From assembly GCA_964647565.1 (NCBI GenBank), contig CAZYIM010000055.1:1-10418 (forward strand): DNA of 10,418 nucleotides. The letters are read 5' to 3'. Shown here one piece after another: positions 7,617 through 10,418 of the stretch (within the stretch, counting starts at the first letter, position 1; each line of letters opens with the position of its first letter). Under the pieces are notes generated by a model, which was not told where the DNA came from, did not search any database, and saw only the letters and a list, made by a program, of their open reading frames with translations. The position numbers were made by a program, and so were the translations under genes. This DNA comes from an uncultured Methanosarcinales archaeon. GTDB lineage: Archaea; Nanobdellota; Nanobdellia; Woesearchaeales; CAZYIM01.

Positions 7617-9889
7617 TCATTCTTAACTTTTACTTTATAGATCTCATATAATTGATTCTTGAATACTGGCGTTGCCTCAGTAACATTCTCAAGAAAGGGA
7701 TCAGTTAATCGAGTATATGTCAAATAGCCGGGCAAGGTCGAGAGGAAATAATCAATCTTGGAATAAGTATTTGAATAGTTTAGATATAGAGTGTCCTCTT
7801 CAATATACAATAAGCTTGCATTTCTTACAAAGTCCGTTATGTGTCTTGTCAGATGTGTCTCGAAATTTATTATGTTTCTATTAGTTAAAATCGCTAATCT
7901 GGGCACATCCAGTCTTTGATTGTGATACTGATATGACAAAGACAGGATCGTGGCATTAGGCTCAATGTTATGCCGAATCCAGTCATAAGCAAGCCATTCA
8001 GTATCCTTGATCGGCGCATATTGTTCAAAATGATCCTTAAATAGCACTAATGAGAAGAAAGAAGACAAGGCTAAAGACACAACTAAAAATAATACGATAT
8101 ATGGGTGAAAATTTTTTGGTGGATTGAAAAAGTCAGGTGAGGATACCAAACAATTTTTATTTCTACCGAACAGTTTCAGCAAGCAAAAGGGAAAAAGAAC
8201 TAATAATGCAAAAAATATTATAGATAATTTTCGGGTTATGAACTCAAAAGGAATATAGGCGAATAAAACATAAGCAAGCAATAAAATAATATACGGCCTA
8301 TATATCTGAAAATCTTTTGCCTTGTAATAAAAAAGAAAACATAAAGATATTACCAGCATTAAAACACCTGTCTGAACAGCAAAAAACGGGATTGGCAGAT
8401 GATATGTAAAATATAAGTATTTTTCATAATCACTATTCGCAAGAGATGGATTGAGAATAAACCAGTAAACAAGCGAAGAAACATAATATACCAACAAAAT
8501 TATGCCGGAATATAAAAGAGCTTTATTCAGATGCTTCTGAAAAATATTCTGCAACAGTCGTTTAATAAAAGGCAAAGAGATCAACAAAACAAATACTATA
8601 ACAAAGAATATCTTAGTTTCCAAAGAACCGATCGTGAACGGAGACCATCTGTTTAATGCAACCAGAAAATTATTCAGGATATTGATGTTACTGAAGAAAC
8701 TAAAACTGTCCACAATGAATACGACAACAATCGGAATAACAACTGCAAAAAGAATATGCTTCAACGTGGTCTTATGGTAGAACACATAAAGTACGATCAC
8801 AGAAGGTATCAGGAAAGTGAAGACTTCTTTCATATGACATAAAAACACCAGTGAGAATGTAGTAATAAAAATGCCAAGATAATTTTTTTCATTTCGTACA
8901 TAATTAATGAAAAAAGCAAGAAATACCATAACACTTACCGAGGCCATCAATCTGGGTGTGAAAGTTGTATGAATCAAGGTCGCCCAGGAGATATTCAGAA
9001 GACCAAATGATTTGACAGCTGCATCCCGCATCAGATCTGTTGTGTTCATGGAATTACCAAAAGTTGCAAGAAAAGCTAATGGGCCTGCAATAGCTGCAAA
9101 AAAATAACCCAGAAACGCAAGCAGTTTGTTTCTAGAAACATTATGAACAGCAGTAAATATGCTCAAAGGCACTAATATGCAGTAGATCGAAAGTAATTTA
9201 AAAACAATCAACAGAGGAAGGCCTATTATTTTCTGAAAGGTCGCAAGAATTAAATGAAATCCACTTGAATAAGAGATCCCAGTAGGCAGCAATGCTGCTT
9301 GCGGAGGCCATATCCCGTTTGCAATCTTCTTGGCTGCAGCAACATGCCAAAGCCCATCTGTCGTCAGTAATGACTGTTTAAGCCAGAGATGAGTTGATAT
9401 AATAGTGATAGCCAGGAGAAGAGTTACTAAAATACACATCCACATAGCAATTCGCAGTTGTTTTTGTGAATAAGTCGCAACTTCTATATCATTATCAGGG
9501 TTTTTATGCTGCTTGATCAGGAACAGCATTATGAGCAACAAAATAAAATGTCCCAAAACAAGATAATATTTTGAAAATACGCCCAGAATCAAAGCAAGAG
9601 AACCCATCACTATTTCCTGGAATAAGCTGAACAATAAGGTTATGGTCATAAATTTAACAAGATTATATTTATTACATGGAAGGATGAGCCTGTTTACAAC
9701 AATAACGCTCGTTAAGATTATCAAGGCAAATCCCGCAATTGCCCTTACAGCACTCATAAATTCCAACGGACCTACCCTAAATAACAGATAATCTTGAAAC
9801 CTATCAGAAGTAAAGATTACAATAGCTGATAAGAATAAAAAGACGAAGATTAGCCATAATCTAGTTTTTAGTTTATCATCGAAAAGCAA
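7613..9889 (-). CDS. Polytopic membrane protein, putative GT-C fold glycosyltransferase with an STT3/AglB-like C-terminal extracellular domain
   Basis: 758 aa, TTG start, with many hydrophobic segments. Loop motif TTDGLWH followed by YSSGFH (D-x3-H and YPPGFH-like). The soluble tail has EWLAYDWIRHN...ATILS and ends VFKNQLYEIYKV. Confidence 0.7.
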   Translation of the reverse strand: MLFDDKLKTRLWLIFVFLFLSAIVIFTSDRFQDYLLFRVGPLEFMSAVRAIAGFALIILTSVIVVNRLILPCNKYNLVKFMTITLLFSLFQEIVMGSLALILGVFSKYYLVLGHFILLLIMLFLIKQHKNPDNDIEVATYSQKQLRIAMWMCILVTLLLAITIISTHLWLKQSLLTTDGLWHVAAAKKIANGIWPPQAALLPTGISYSSGFHLILATFQKIIGLPLLIVFKLLSIYCILVPLSIFTAVHNVSRNKLLAFLGYFFAAIAGPLAFLATFGNSMNTTDLMRDAAVKSFGLLNISWATLIHTTFTPRLMASVSVMVFLAFFINYVRNEKNYLGIFITTFSLVFLCHMKEVFTFLIPSVIVLYVFYHKTTLKHILFAVVIPIVVVFIVDSFSFFSNINILNNFLVALNRWSPFTIGSLETKIFFVIVFVLLISLPFIKRLLQNIFQKHLNKALLYSGIILLVYYVSSLVYWFILNPSLANSDYEKYLYFTYHLPIPFFAVQTGVLMLVISLCFLFYYKAKDFQIYRPYIILLLAYVLFAYIPFEFITRKLSIIFFALLVLFPFCLLKLFGRNKNCLVSSPDFFNPPKNFHPYIVLFLVVSLALSSFFSLVLFKDHFEQYAPIKDTEWLAYDWIRHNIEPNATILSLSYQYHNQRLDVPRLAILTNRNIINFETHLTRHITDFVRNASLLYIEEDTLYLNYSNTYSKIDYFLSTLPGYLTYTRLTDPFLENVTEATPVFKNQLYEIYKVKVKND

Positions 9890-9894
9890 ATCAA

Positions 9895-9939
9895 CCCACC
9901 TTGAGTCCTGAATAGAAATTCAACTATATAAAACTTTTG
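9895..9939 (-). promoter_or_regulatory. Archaeal-type promoter and RBS of the GT-C-like gene
   Basis: Minus strand: CAAAAG (BRE-like, 9939..9934), TTTTATATA (9933..9925), then AAGGTGGG (9902..9895) ending 5 nt before the TTG at 9889. Confidence 0.72.
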
Positions 9940-10003
9940 TTTGATTGCTCTTTTAAAGTAGCAAATTAAATCTGTCCAGATTAGATGCGCTTATTCAAAG
10001 AAC

Positions 10004-10418
10004 TTATTTTCTGCAGATAAAGAATGTACCGCTACAAAAAGTCAAATATAAGGATTTTAAGGCCTTTGATTTTTTCAGCATTGTAACAATCATCTTTTTT
10101 GTGCCTGTCTTCCCCTCTAAAGATAGAAGATCTACCCTGTCAAGGATCTCGGAAAAACCGATTTTGTTGAATTCCTTCCTCAACAAAGGATACGTAAACT
10201 GATTATAATCAATGCCGAGCTTCATGATCTCAGGCTCCTGCAACATCACTCTCAATTTGTATCGTATCTTATTCGGAAAATATGAATACAAAGGAAAATC
10301 TGCTTCGCTTTGTTTTACAGCGAATTTGTTGGTTGAATAAAAATATAGAATACCTCCTTTCTTCAGGGTTTTATAGATATTTTTCAATCTGGTAGTTAAT
10401 TTACTGACCCCATTATTC
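10004..10418 (-). CDS. Class I SAM-dependent methyltransferase, C-terminal part only (cut by the window edge, possibly disrupted)
   Basis: LKNIYKTLKKGGILYFYSTN is the post-motif-III helix and strand. The later NQFTYPLLRKEFNKIGFSEI also fits the family. The frame stays open to the window end, so TTG at 10387 is unlikely to be the true start; motif I is absent. Confidence 0.75.
   Translation of the reverse strand, partial: NNGVSKLTTRLKNIYKTLKKGGILYFYSTNKFAVKQSEADFPLYSYFPNKIRYKLRVMLQEPEIMKLGIDYNQFTYPLLRKEFNKIGFSEILDRVDLLSLEGKTGTKKMIVTMLKKSKALKSLYLTFCSGTFFICRK

Noticed and set aside
1..10418. CRISPR array, tRNA/rRNA, transposase or integrase, defence genes
   Set aside because: No regularly spaced repeats, cloverleaf-like segments or such protein motifs were seen. 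The methyltransferases lack the DPPY/NPPY or PC motifs of DNA methyltransferases.

Overview
A probably archaeal window (TATA/BRE-type promoters, GGTG-type ribosome binding sites, one apparently leaderless gene) holding a surface-glycan modification cluster. The left edge carries the 5' part of nadC on the minus strand, which the ORF track missed. The plus-strand run encodes a membrane-anchored secreted protein with a carbohydrate-binding-like domain, a CE4/NodB-like deacetylase, a GT4 glycosyltransferase fused to a class I SAM methyltransferase, a Wzx-type flippase, a second methyltransferase and a second GT4. Converging on it from the minus strand are a 758-aa GT-C-like membrane protein with an STT3/AglB-like layout but no WWDYG motif, and the 3' part of a third methyltransferase whose upstream sequence looks replaced at the window end. 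The most interesting points are a possible build/methylate/flip/transfer glycan system built around a non-canonical AglB-like enzyme, the fragile GT4-methyltransferase fusion junction, a GC step inside one methyltransferase gene, and a good promoter plus RBS that leads only into a tiny amber-interrupted ORF. All family calls come from motif recognition by eye; no searches were run.
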